From positions 21,348,545 through 21,412,544 of the forward strand of contig JAUZTB010000065.1 of NCBI GenBank assembly GCA_034780895.1: a DNA stretch of 64,000 bases, in the 5' to 3' direction. Position 1 is the first letter of the stretch; the number at the start of each line of letters is the position of its first letter. The notes below the pieces were generated by a model. That model was not told the DNA's origin. It searched no databases and saw nothing but the letters and a program-made list of their open reading frames with translations. Of the stretch, positions 27,061 through 38,781 are shown piece after piece. Both the position numbers and the translations under genes were made by a program. The DNA is from Rhynchobatus australiae (Eukaryota).

Positions 27061-27575
27061 CTTGTTTCTATGGCTTCAACTTCATTGCTGGCCATTGCTG
27101 TTCCAGTGTTGGTGAGTACATCGTCCTCCCTGATGGAAGGACAGCCCCCACCTAAGTTAACTGCTGATTTTTACCAACTGTTGTGCTGCACTTTGTTCTT
27201 GAAGATGGAAGTGTGTTCATTTGAGTTTTATACAATCTGTTTGGTTGATGTGCCTTTCATGATGATAAAGCTGTTATTGTGTTGCAGACTGACATGTGGG
27301 TGGCTTTGCTCAGCATTACATGCGAGGTTAGGGATGAAGCTAATGAATATTAGTATGAATGTCATTTTAATAGATATTGTTGATGGATGGATAAAAGCGG
27401 TGTGCTATATTGTGTGTTGCTAGTAATGTGATTGGTGAGCTTTAGTATTTGATAAAACATTTGCTGATCTAGATCATATATCCAGATTTGTGTGGAAGAT
27501 GACCTGGTCATCTCTCTCTTTTCCACCTCCTCCACCAAGACCTATAGAAAATCTTGGAGGCCACGTTCTTCCATG
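27061..27575 (-). mobile_element. PIF/Harbinger Myb/SANT-like (NAIF1/MSANTD-type) gene relic, two exon remnants
   Basis: 27575-27505 reads HGRTWPPRFS../VLVEEVEKRE. 27197-27061 is bounded by AG/GT and reads NKVQHN../QQLT/GGG.P...EDDVLTNTGTAMASNEVEAIET. These match the RAPRFS...LVEEVE.R and K.AHN...TGGG motifs of this family. Frameshifted. Confidence 0.65.
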
Positions 27576-30500
27576 TAATGCCATTGTTGCAGCAGAACAT
27601 TTTCCGCTGTCTGCCAAATATTCTCAGAATCTGGGGGTCATTTGCAAATTATAGTAACTTGTTATTGCTACTATAGTCACTAACTGGAACCACTCCTGAC
27701 CGCTAACCCGAATTGCTCCTGACAAGTTGAAATTAAACTGTAAGTGAATTGTTCTTTTTCTTGCACTGAACATCCTCTTAGGCTACAAAGCCGCACAACC
27801 ATTTAGTTTTATACTGTTACGTTGGGTCTCATGCTACAAATGAGGACTAATCTGAAACTTGCATGATGGGATACATGGTGTACAGTTGTGGATCAGATGC
27901 CTTTTGTTTAGTGAAGGCGTTGAGCTCTTTAGGACAATAGGATCTTAAAAGCAATACAATGATATTTCACTATTTAATGAAACTTGAAGGACAGAAATTG
28001 CTGGTGTAGGGAGAGAACCAGGAGTCAGTTGAACTGGGTGAGACCCATGAGACAAGAAGAATATTTAAAGAAATTACCTAAAAATTGGATGGAGATGAAG
28101 GAAGAAAAGGAGCTTTATCCCACACAATGGTGACCGAACGAAGGATATTAAACATTTGGTATAATTGTCGATTGATATTTTGCATCTGAAATTCAATTGC
28201 AGGATGTTGTAACAGAATTTCTGTAGCGAACCGATCATGTTACCATTTTAGTCTTGAAGTTAGAAGTTTAGCTTCCAAGTGCTCCATTTATCTGATGTGC
28301 TAACAGATACCTGGAATCCAATTTCCCAAAATTCACTTGCACGTCTATGGTCCAGATAGACCACTTGTGCTGAAGCAAGCCTCCACGTTGAATGTGAGGC
28401 CCGCTTTGGGGAAACAAATGGGATCTGCCTGAGTTGGTCCCTGTATGTAGCTGCAGATAACCAAATGCAGGTAGGTGTATTTTCATTTAAAACGTTACTC
28501 CTAACTGTGACTTTCCCTCTGGGTACCTTGCTATCTGACGGCAAACCCGTTGCTAAATCATCCTGACAGTTAATCATAATACCCACCTTTTGCTGACCTA
28601 ACCTGGTTCTCAATTTCGTTCTCTTGCTGTCTGCATTCTCTCAAGCCTTTGTCAACTATCACTGCCATCCTGACCCCTGGTAGTAATGTCAGCAGGTCAG
28701 ATGTGCAGGTTTCTATTGCATATGATGCCTGGGACATCTTGTACTATATAGAGTGTTGCAGTAGATTATCCTTGCACAAAAAAAAAGTATTGGTCTGTTG
28801 CCTATACATGGAAATGTGCCTTTACCATGGAAATCCCATTCCTGAACTTGGATTATTTTGTCTTGTGTATGTGGCTTAGTGAGCCCACTTTGCAATTTTT
28901 CTTATTGCTGACTTCAAAATTAAAATACACATCTGTTTCACTGTTGTAATTCTTTTGTGAATTAAACTTGCGTAGTGCAAAAAGCTTGAAGATAGATGTG
29001 ATAATGCAAGTGAAACTAATTGTATTGGTGAGTTGCTTTTTGGAACAAAATACCCTCCCTCTGGAAGAACTGACTCGATGACGCTGCTAATCTCTGATCA
29101 CTTAGAAAGCTGGGGACTATCAGTAAACTTTCTTCTTTGTTCTAAGCAGTGACTTCGTTACCAGCCATAATGTTATAGCTGTAGCGTTGCATCTTAACCA
29201 CCCACCACGTATGCTGACATAGGTTGGATAAGGATAAGTGCTTCAAGAATATAAAAAGAGAAATACAAACTGGTATTTGATTGTTGAACAAGTAGTAATG
29301 CATCATGGTAAATTAATACCCCGTAGTTTTAAAAATGAATGTTTCCTAGCCTGCTTCTGTGTTGGGCTGTTAACGGAACAGGTCAGTGCCAATCAAATTT
29401 GTAACCAGTGATCTACCNNNNNNNNNNNNNNNNNNNNNNNNNNNNNNNNNNNNNNNNNNNNNNNNNNNNNNNNNNNNNNNNNNNNNNNNNNNNNNNNNNN
29501 NNNNNNNNNNNNNNNNNAAATTTGTAACCAGTGATCTACCACCAGCAGCAGTTCTGGTGGGTGGAGCAGTAACTTACTTGCTGCATGTTGCATGAGGCAG
29601 TTGTTGATGTGGCAGGCTTATTTCAATGGCTCATGCAGGGATCAACCCACAAATCCTTGCAACTGAGAATAAACTGTTCATTGAATAGGGTGGTAAATCC
29701 TGTAATTGACAGAGCCTTCTGTGAAGCAAGGCTTCAGCAATGAAATGGCCAAGAAGCTTTGATAGCTGGCTCATTCACTTCCCTGTTCAGCCATTTATTG
29801 AAATTGTCGAATGCTTTAAAATAAAAACTACTTGCATTGTTTTTAAAAATGTTTTAAAAATTAAATTGTTTATAAAACAAAAGCATTCAGAAACTCAANN
29901 NNNNNNNNNNNNNNNNNTATCTGTGCCAAATTCAACCTTGTTTCTGAATGTTGTACTTCAATTTCATCTCCCTGCATCTATTTATTAAGCCTCTCATCTT
30001 TCTATTGTAGTCTATTTCAAGGCAGCAATCTATGTCTTTCTCCAAAGATTAGGACATTATTGGTAATGGTTTATATGCCTTCAGTCCTCCATCTCAAATT
30101 CTGCAAGTAACGTGTGAGCCCCCCAGATCTGTGAAGTTAAACCCAGTAGTTTCAGTCAAGTATATGTTGAAGGGTTACCACTCACTTGACATCTCTTGGA
30201 AAAACTTGAAACTTCCTGTTGTGTGGAGAGTTGCTATGACTCTCAAAGGCTTTGAGAATCTCTTCCAGCATTTTATTGGTAGGCTTGGTGCAGCAACATC
30301 TCTTTTGTTTTCTCCTTGTGATAAACAATTGCCAACTCAATACAGAGAAAACTTCATGTCCCATGCATTTAGCAGCTTACTTGCTCGAAGTTCAGCTGTT
30401 GAGATGGTGTTACTTGCCTATTCTCCAACATGTAGGTCAATAGTGTACTACACACTGGAAGAGAACCATATCTGGCACTCTGGACATGATTGCATGCCCA

Positions 30501-30984
30501 CTAAATGCTATCTTGATGAGATTATATTTATTTTGATCCAACCATGGATTTGTTGGCACCATTTTTTTTTAGCAGATGGATTCCAAATTGCATATTTTAA
30601 AGATTGCTGTAGGAGAAAGAAGCTTGAAGTGTTTCTCCAAAGCAGGTCAGCATTCTAATCATAACCAGACTAAAGGTCAAAATAATGTGCTAAGGATGCT
30701 GTCTGATAATCATGTTGGGTTATGCTGACCTCATTACTTTACTATTTTGTTTAAAGACTCCTTGTAACGTTCTGTGGGTTCATGTAATAAGGTGTATTTG
30801 AGCTACTTGCATGCCTGCATGGTGGTTGTCCTCCATGCTGACTTTTGAACTTAATGCTTACATTTATTGATCACCAAGCGATAGCAGAAGATGATGCTGC
30901 ATTTCTTTTCCCCATTGTGAGTGATGAAAAATCACAATAACTTTGAGCATCTACACGAGGCTGAAGAATTGAATGTCAGACTGC

Positions 30985-31797
30985 ATTTGTGGAAAAATAT
31001 TGCAAATAACTGACAACAACGTGTCCTTGACATCAAGGTAGCATTTCATAGAATGAGGAATCAAGGCAGTGGAATTTAATTCCTTAAGGTAGTGTCTTTG
31101 GCGTAACTATCAATGACCCTCCTTCCCGTGATATGATCAGAATGGGGTTGTTTGCTGATGACTGCATGATGTTCCATTCCATTTCAACTCCTCAACAAAC
31201 AGGACAATCCATTTCACATGCAACAAAACTTAAACTGTATTCAGGCATAGGCCGATGAGTAGCAAGTAATGCTCATGGCATTACAAAAGGGCGAGACAGT
31301 CACCTCCTCTGGCAAGAGGAAAAAGTCCAACCACCAACCCTTCATATTCATTGGGATTAGCATCTCTAAGTCTATGACCATCAACATCCTGGAGATCATC
31401 ATTGATCATAAATTCAGGTGGACCAGCCATATAAATCCTGTGGCTATAAGATTTGGTCAGAAGCTAGCTATCCTATGTGACTGGCATTGGCTGTGACTCA
31501 CTAAAGGCTTTTTGTCCCGACAGGGAATATTTCAGTGTTTTATGAAATATTTATCTGGTTGAATGCAGTTTTACCAATACTTAGGAAGCTCAAAGCCATT
31601 AGGACAAAGCAGCCTGTTTGATTTCTAGCTCATCAACCGTCATTTACATATATTCCCTCCACCAGTGGAACTTAGTGGCTGCATTATGTACCATCCAAAC
31701 CGATGCTTTGCAGTTACACCTCAGGATACCCCAAAAGCACCTCCCAAACCTGCAAACTCTACTACCAAAACGAACAAGGGGAACAAGCACATGGGAA
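30985..31797 (+). mobile_element. L2/CR1-clade LINE RT region (5' part; continues at 32687)
   Basis: LDIKVAF at ~31026, GLFADDC at ~31146 and INILEIIIDHKFRWTSHIN in ORF 31269-31496. Confidence 0.75.
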
Positions 31798-32680
31798 GTG
31801 AATGTATTGTCACCAAGTTTGTGAATGGCGCGTGTGCGAGTCAGACGAGCCATAAGGAGGATACAGACAGTTTATTGAGAGATATTGGTAGGTTGAGTGA
31901 GTGGGTGAAACGTTAGCAAATTGAGTATAATGTAGAAAAATGTTAAGTTTACTTCTGGAGAGAAAAATTTTAAAAAATAGTATTTAAATGGAGGAAGCTG
32001 CAGCAAAAAGGGATTTGGAGGTCCTCATTCAAGAAACGCACAAAGCTAGCATATAGGTAGAGCAGGTAATCAAGAAGGTTGACAAAATGTTGGCTTTTAT
32101 TTCAAAGGGTTGGGAGTAGAAACAATGGAAGTTTTACTTTGTATGCAAGATAATTCTGAGACCATAACTCGAATTCTTCCTACAATTTTCATCTCTCTGT
32201 TCAAGGAAGGATATATTATTATTGGAAGCAGTGTGGATGAGGTTCACCAGGGTGATCCCATGCATGGAGGGATTGCCCTACTAGAAAAGGTTGAACCAGT
32301 TGGGTATGCACTCACTGAGGTTTAGAAGAATGAGAAGTGATCTTACTAAAATATTTAAGATTCTTAGGGGCTTTCCAGGATAAATACTGAGAAGATGCTT
32401 CCCTTTATGAGAGGGTTTAGGCTCAGAGAGTGTAGTCTTGGAAAAAGAGGTGCCCACTTAAGATTTAAAAGAAATTCTTCTCTCAAGGGGTTGAGTATTT
32501 GAATTCCTTGCCTCAGAAAGCCGTGAAGATTAAATCCTCAATTTTATTCAAAGCTGATCAGTTAGGAAATGAAGTGTAATATTGATGGGGTGGGAAAGTG
32601 CGTTGGAGGAAAGCTGGATCTGCTATGAGCTTTATGGCTTCTGGAGTCGAATGGCCTACTCTGGTCCTATTTATAGTTTT
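31798..32680 (+). mobile_element. CR1 LINE 3' portion inserted into the older LINE
   Basis: KF...DTDSLLRDIGRLSEWVK, EFRRMRSDLTKIFKILRG, and the tail GGAGTCGAATGGCCTACTCTGGTCCTATTTATAG. Confidence 0.8.
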
Positions 32681-32686
32681 ATGGCC

Positions 32687-32898
32687 TTCATCACCTGCAG
32701 GTTCCCCTCCACGTCTCATGGCATCCTAACTGAGAAGCATATCACCATTCCTGCATTGTTCCAAGCTGAACATCCTGCAAGTCCCTACCCAAGAACAATG
32801 TGGAAATACCTCCATTCAGGAAGGCAGCTCATCATCTCCTCAAGGGCAATAACTGCTGGCCTTGGTACTGTTGTCTAAATCCTTAAACAAAAAAAAAA
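32687..32898 (+). mobile_element. 3' end of the LINE that starts at 30985
   Basis: CATCACCTGCAGGTTCCCCTCC resumes after ...CATGGGAA (31797). Ends GAAGGCAGCTCATCATCTCCTCAAGGGCAAT...AAAAAAAAAA. Confidence 0.7.
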
Positions 32899-33114
32899 CA
32901 TTGCAACAGTAACTTTTCCTTGCGATGGTTAAGATGGGTAAGTTTGTACCCAGCGCCTTGGCACCTGCTCCTGATATTAGTTGCAGCTTTCATCTGATTC
33001 CACTGTCTTATTCGAATTTATCCATAGTGTCACCTGGTGGAAAGGGCACATCTCTCTTCCTCCTCAGCTCCTTACCTAGGCCTTCGGTTCAGTTTTCAGT
33101 TACCATCTCCCATG

Positions 33115-34150
33115 TTACATAAGAATGTCAGAATATTAGGAGGAGAAGCAAGAGTAGGTCATTCAGTCCCTCACTGCTATTCAATGTTCATAGTTGATCT
33201 CATTTCTCACTTTCTGTTCTAATACCATAGTTGTTTGGATATTAAGTTAATCAGTCATTGTCTTCGATACTCAATGACTGAGTATCCACAGCCCTCTATG
33301 GTGGGGAATTCCAAAGAGGTGAAGAAATTTTTCTCTCTCCTGCATGGCTGACCTCTTATTTTGAAGCTGTGAACTCTGGTTCCATGGGCCAAATGGCCTG
33401 TTTTCATGCTATATGACTCTGACACTATGACTAAAACTCCAATAATCTGACATCCAATTGTTCAGAACTCCTGATGGTCCACCAGCTGACTTGCTTATTA
33501 GTCAGAAAATGAGCTGATAGTCCATAGTAGCAAGATGTGTTTCCATGCTGTATCTCTCTATGATTCTATGACCATAAACTAGAAGGTATAGGTTTAAGAT
33601 GAGAGGGGGAAAGATTTAAAAGGGACCTGAGGGGTAACTTCTTCACACAGCGTAGGGCATAAATGGAGTGAGCTGCCAGTGAAGGTAAGGTAATGACATT
33701 TAAAAGACATTTGAATAATTATATGAGCAGGAACGTTTTAGAGGGATACTGGCAAATGGAACTAGCCTAGGTGGGCACCCTTGGTCATTATGGATGAGTT
33801 AGACCAAAGGGCCTGTTTCTGTGCTGTATGACTCTTATGACTAAATCCATGTTGACTGTTCAAACCTATTATTATCTTCTTAGTCTCATATTAACACTTT
33901 TTCAGTGCTTCCTCATTTATATGATGTAAGTATGCTGATGATTCCAGACTTTCCTGGACTGCTGTTGGAGTGGTCTAAAGTTTTTTTTTCTGTTTTCTCT
34001 CTCCCTCCTTCCTTAAAAAGTGGTGTTACATCTTCTGCCTTCCAAACTGTGGGTACCATTCTATAATCTATGGAATTTTGGAAGATGACAACCAGTGCAT
34101 TCGCTATCTCCTCAAAACACCCAGGATGTGGTTCTGTTATTTTCCGGGTT
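33115..34150. mobile_element. Cluster: minus-strand CR1 relic containing two or three short plus-strand CR1 3' ends
   Basis: Minus ORF 33913-34164 has EEIANALVVIFQNS...WKAEDVTPLFKEGGREK. Plus-strand tails ending GGCCTGTTT..TGCT.TATGACTCT lie at ~33385-33432, ~33535-33572 and ~33575-33843. Confidence 0.75.
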
Positions 34151-35304
34151 TGGATGCCTTCCACAATGCATTCGGTTACTTTCTTACAGCCATAATGCCA
34201 ACAAGAGGCAAAGGCTACCTTTTAAGTAACATTGACTGGGTGAAGTGGTGCTAATCACTCTCCAGTTTGGTCGTCCTGCTGTGCATGCACTCATTCAACA
34301 TCATCGTTAGTGCTGGCTGCATGCTGAAATCATTTAAATGAGGTGGCACCACAAGCTTGGCATACTGCCTGCATCTGAAGCAAAGGGCACATTAATAAGT
34401 ACTGCGATTCCCTTGCCAATTCAGGAGTCAATTTTGCCCCCAGACTCAGAGAGGGGGCCTACATAGGACATCAGTTTACAAAGTTTCAGTTAAAAAATCA
34501 GTTTGGGAACCTCTATGCTGGAGTAAGAATAATGTATGGTGTTATTCTTAACTATTCTTTACAGTTAGCATATTTGGTAATTAAAACAGATCCAAATTCC
34601 TGTTCTGCTACTGTTCTGCTAACTCTAAGCATGACGATCCTACTTTCCACTTTCAAGCTAATCAGCAACCACAAAATTGTGAGGAATGTTTTTTAGGAAG
34701 TAACTGAATTATAATCCTTTTGGCAAATCTTAGCTTGTGACCATTATGCAGCACTGTTGTGGAGTCCTCAAAGTTTCGGGATGAGTACACCTGCAGAATA
34801 GAGTCAGCTACAATTAGGAAAGCACACTAGGACTCTGAAGTTACCAGGTGTTCTCTGAAGACAAAGGGGAAAAATTGTCTGACTGCCCTATGGATAGATA
34901 TCGGCTTGTTCTGAGCAATTGTTTAATGTCACAAGTGCCTCAAGCAAATTTAAACTCCTTTTTTTAGTGCAGAAGCTGATGTAGGTCAGTAAGGAACCAT
35001 GGTATTTATAGAATTTTATGGCACAGTTGAATGTTATATTCTATTTATAGAATTTTATGGCACTGCTGCTATGTCGTCTCACTGAAGGAGTAATCCATTT
35101 ACTCCCATTCCTCTGCCCTTATCAATATTTTTTTTTGCCTGTTTACCACTTCTCTTTAAAAGCTCTTAGATTCTGCTTCCCTGACTGTTCTCTTGACCTG
35201 CTTGACTTTTCTGATGATCTTACAATTTGTATTCTGAGTGCTGACCTGCCAAGAAGTGGAAATACATTTTCTTCGTTTACTAAGTAGATGCCTCTCATCA
35301 TTCT

Positions 35305-36265
35305 AGAACCATAGAAAACTACAGTACAGAAAACAGGCTATTTGGCCCTTCTAGTCTGTGCCAAAACATTATTCTGCTAGTCCCATTTACCTGGACCCAG
35401 CCCATAACCCTCCAGACCTCTCTCGTCCATGTATTTATCCAATTTACTTACATCAGGTGGCAGCCTGTTCCACACTCCCACCATTCTTTGAGTGAAGATG
35501 TTCCCCCTAAACCTTTCCCCTTTCACCCTAAAGCCATGTCCTCTCATACTTATCTCTCCTAATCTAGGTGGAAANNNNNNNNNNNNNNNNNNNNNNNNNN
35601 NNNNNNNNNNNNNNNNNNNNNNNNNNNNNNNNNNNNNNNNNNNNNNNNNNNNNNNNNNNNNNNNNNNNNNNNNNACTTTCTGTTTCTTACATCGGTCTGC
35701 TATCTCCCTACAGATTTGTTCCTCCAATTCTCTCTGACTATTGGGCGGTCTATAATACAACCCTATTAATGTGGCCACACCTTTCCTTTTCCTCAGCTCC
35801 ACCCATATGGCCTCTGTAGACGAGCCCTCCAAGCTGTCCTGTCTATGCACAGCTGTGATCTGTTCCCTGACCAGTAATGTCTCTCCTCCCCCTTTCATCC
35901 CTCCCCCTCTATCACGTTTGACACAACGGTAGCCCAGAACATTAAGCTGCCAGTCCTGCCCCTCCTGCAATCATGTCTCACTAATAGCAATAACATTGTA
36001 ACCCCACATGCCAATCCATGCCCTAAACTCATCTGCCTTACCTATAATACTCCTTGCATTGAAATAGATGCACCTGAGAACATTACTATCACGTATAAAC
36101 CTTTGATTTCTGTCCATACCTCGCATGACCATTTTCCTCCTCACTATCTTCTCTATCACTCTGGCTCCCCTCTCCCTGCAGATCTAGTTTAAACCCACCA
36201 GAGCAGCACTAGCAAACCTACCCGCAAGTATGTTAGACCCCTCCAGTTCAGATGCAAACCATTTC
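35305..36265 (-). mobile_element. CR1 LINE with ORF1 esterase C-terminus, ORF2 APE endonuclease and 3' tail; the middle is hidden in a gap
   Basis: GLHLNWRGSNILAGRFASAALVGLN* (SGNH-esterase end, ~36260-36184), CIYFNARSIIGKADE...IAISET*, and EAIWVELR...IGLYYRPPNS. After the 100-N gap come the CR1 3' end and tail at 35305-35574. Confidence 0.92.
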
Positions 36266-37740
36266 TGAACATCTCTAGTAGATTTCTTAATTGAATCTAC
36301 TCTGATGAAAAGAATATGGTCTTTGTTCATAATGAAAGGCCTAATAGTTCTATATATTTGCTCAAAATTTAGACCCTCTTCAGCTGGTCATAAGGCATAG
36401 CCCAGCTGAGTGACCTTAAGCTCACGTTTCATTTCCAAGTCAGTGTATTTCCATTTCCCTACCATTCATCTTCACTGTCACTGAAACCTTATGCTTGTTA
36501 TTTCAACTCAACAACTTGTCACCAGCTGCGTGAGTATAACCCTTTACCAAAGCCACTTCATCCACAATATCTCTGACCATGCCCTATCTCACACCAAATT
36601 CTATTCACCTTTCACCCTCTGTGCCTGCCAGACTTTGCTGATGTCCTGTCCCTCAACAACTAAAATTGTTGTCCTCATGTTATAATCTACTTCTTCCAAC
36701 CTCAATTGGCTGTCTACTTTTGTTGCTCTCCAAGTTCTAGCCCTCTGAGTTTCCCTCAAATGGTAACACTGACTTCCGTCATCTCAAAGCTATGCACATC
36801 AGAACTTCTTTGGTTAAACTTCCAAAATTGCTGATTTATTCCCAGCATTTTCTAAAATCTTTTTGAAACCCAACATTTTGACCATACTTGTGATAATTTC
36901 TTCATTATCTTCCAGTTATCATGTTATTTTGTGTAAGGCATCTTCTACATTAAAGACATTAATAAAGATGTTATGAAAATGGAAGAGGTTATTGATTTGG
37001 TTGCCCTAGAGGTAGTAAGGCAATCTATCATGGATATGTTTGATATTCTGTCTTCTGTATTTTCTCCATGGAATTGTAAGTTTGTCATTATCTATAGTTG
37101 CATCTCCCACAATTTCTTCTATAGCCGATGAGAAAATCCATGCTGCTGATGTTGAAAACCAAATGGACTAGTTATGAAGTTAACAAATGACAGAAAGGAT
37201 GTAAGAAATAGAGAAGTGGAGCTTTTGAATTTCAGCTACCTAATGTTGTATTTTTCACTGTGGTGCAAATAAAAATGGATTTTCCCTGGAGTGAAATTTC
37301 TACCATTTTCATGCTGTTTTGCGTCATTCTGAGTATTTGATTGGGCACTTCCTGCCATGATTCACAATTGCATAGGTGTTACATTTATGGTATTGGACAC
37401 TATGATATTGTTACTCATGCAGTGCTATTTTTCTAGTATTGGTGGATACATTTTAGTGATAGTATGTGAGCAATATTACTCATGTCGCTATGCAGCAGCA
37501 TGATTTAAAGGGCAGCTCCTGTCCCCAGGTGCAACCTCTGTAGTCTGCTGTAGGACAGTCTGAAGGCAGCCTGGTCATTCTACACCTACTAAGCACTAGC
37601 ATTTTGAAACTTGGAAGTGCATTATAATAGATGTATGGTGTAGTGCTTCCCCCTAGTTTGGTTAGAAGACTTGGACCTAGAACACAGGCATGTATAGGGA
37701 CAAGAACGAAGTGTCACAGAATCTCTTCTGTCACAAATGT

Positions 37741-38230
37741 TATCCCCCAAGAGTCTATGGGGACCTTTGCTCCTATCTTCTCTCTTCAAGGAGCAGCCTC
37801 AAGAGAGGCTAAGATTAAGGCTGTCATCACACTGACCTACAACCTCTCTGTTAAGAACTCCAAGCTTATGCCCATCTCTGGGCTGTCCTGCCAGTTGAGT
37901 TCAAGGTAATTGTTATACTTAGAAGCTACGGGATCATTCTGGGTGGCTGCAGCTGGCGTATGCCATATATCGCAGTTTGCTATTCACAGTGTATTACTGT
38001 CACCATTGATGCTCAATAGGCAAAATAATTTCTTCTAATTTTCCTTCAGAAGAAATGAGACAGAATGGGTACGTGGGTTTCTTGCAGGTTCAGATGGCAG
38101 GCAGTGCTCATGTAGTGTTTCAGGCTGCCCTGGGGTACTTAATCACAGGTGCTTCAACATCAAGGCTTGTATTGTGGTCAACCATGCAAGGATCTTTCTT
38201 ATAGTCAGTGCCTGTGGAATCCTGAGGGAG
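37741..38230 (+). mobile_element. PIF/Harbinger transposase (HARBI1-like) relic
   Basis: Across frameshifts, in order: YPPRVYGDLCSYL / EQPQERLRL / LPVEFKVIVIL / ATGSFWVAAAGVCHISQFAIH / QVQMAGSAHVVFQA / LNHRCFNIKACIVVNHARIFLIVSA. This is colinear with Harbinger motifs YPxRV, EQCLRRLR, LPVAVKV, ASGSFQ...ISQ, VQGAIDCTHV and NRKG.HSLNVQ.VCD. Confidence 0.75.
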
Positions 38231-38511
38231 GACCAGAAAGGGTCCACCACCTAATGAATATTGATACGACCAAGTCCCATGACCTGGGGCCTGCAGAGGA
38301 GGCATAAAACCTCTGCAACCTCCATGTCTCTTATGCGCCTTCCACATCACTCCCTCCCTTTATTGAAATGGCCTGTCCAAAAGATTCTGCAATGTACTTG
38401 ACACTTTCCATAAAGGAAATAAGGAAGGGAGTGATGTGGAAAGTCAATATGACACACACAGGCTATGGAGACTTGATGCCTGAATAGTTAGCGTTTCAGT
38501 TAAGAGCAGTA

Positions 38512-38781
38512 TACAGGTTATAAATGCCTGACTTATGGACATTCCCTACATACCCGTGAACTCCCATAAAATTAAAAAATTCAGAAGTTTGATGTACCTA
38601 CGAGCAGCAGAATTATTTTCCTCTAATCACTTATAGTAATTGTTCTTATTAGTCTCAAGTATCTTTGTCATTCATATAATACTGTGGAGGGGTGGTTACC
38701 ATATTTTCTGACTTGTGGACAAAATCAATCTGTAGACATCCATAAAACTAGAACCTGTTCATCAACCAGGGATGGCCTGTA
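38512..38781. mobile_element. Degenerate Tigger-like MITE
   Basis: Ends TACAGG... and ...CCAGGGATGGCCTGTA. The inverted repeats are short and degenerate. Confidence 0.4.

Noticed and set aside
29397-29540. Direct repeat AAATTTGTAACCAGTGATCTACC on both sides of a 100-N gap (similar cases at 51566-51724 and 53595-53713)
   Set aside because: Overlapping contig ends at scaffold gaps. An assembly artefact, not a CRISPR array or a biological repeat.
30131-30658. 175-aa ORF
   Set aside because: Non-ATG start, no recognisable domain, no splice context and random-like composition.
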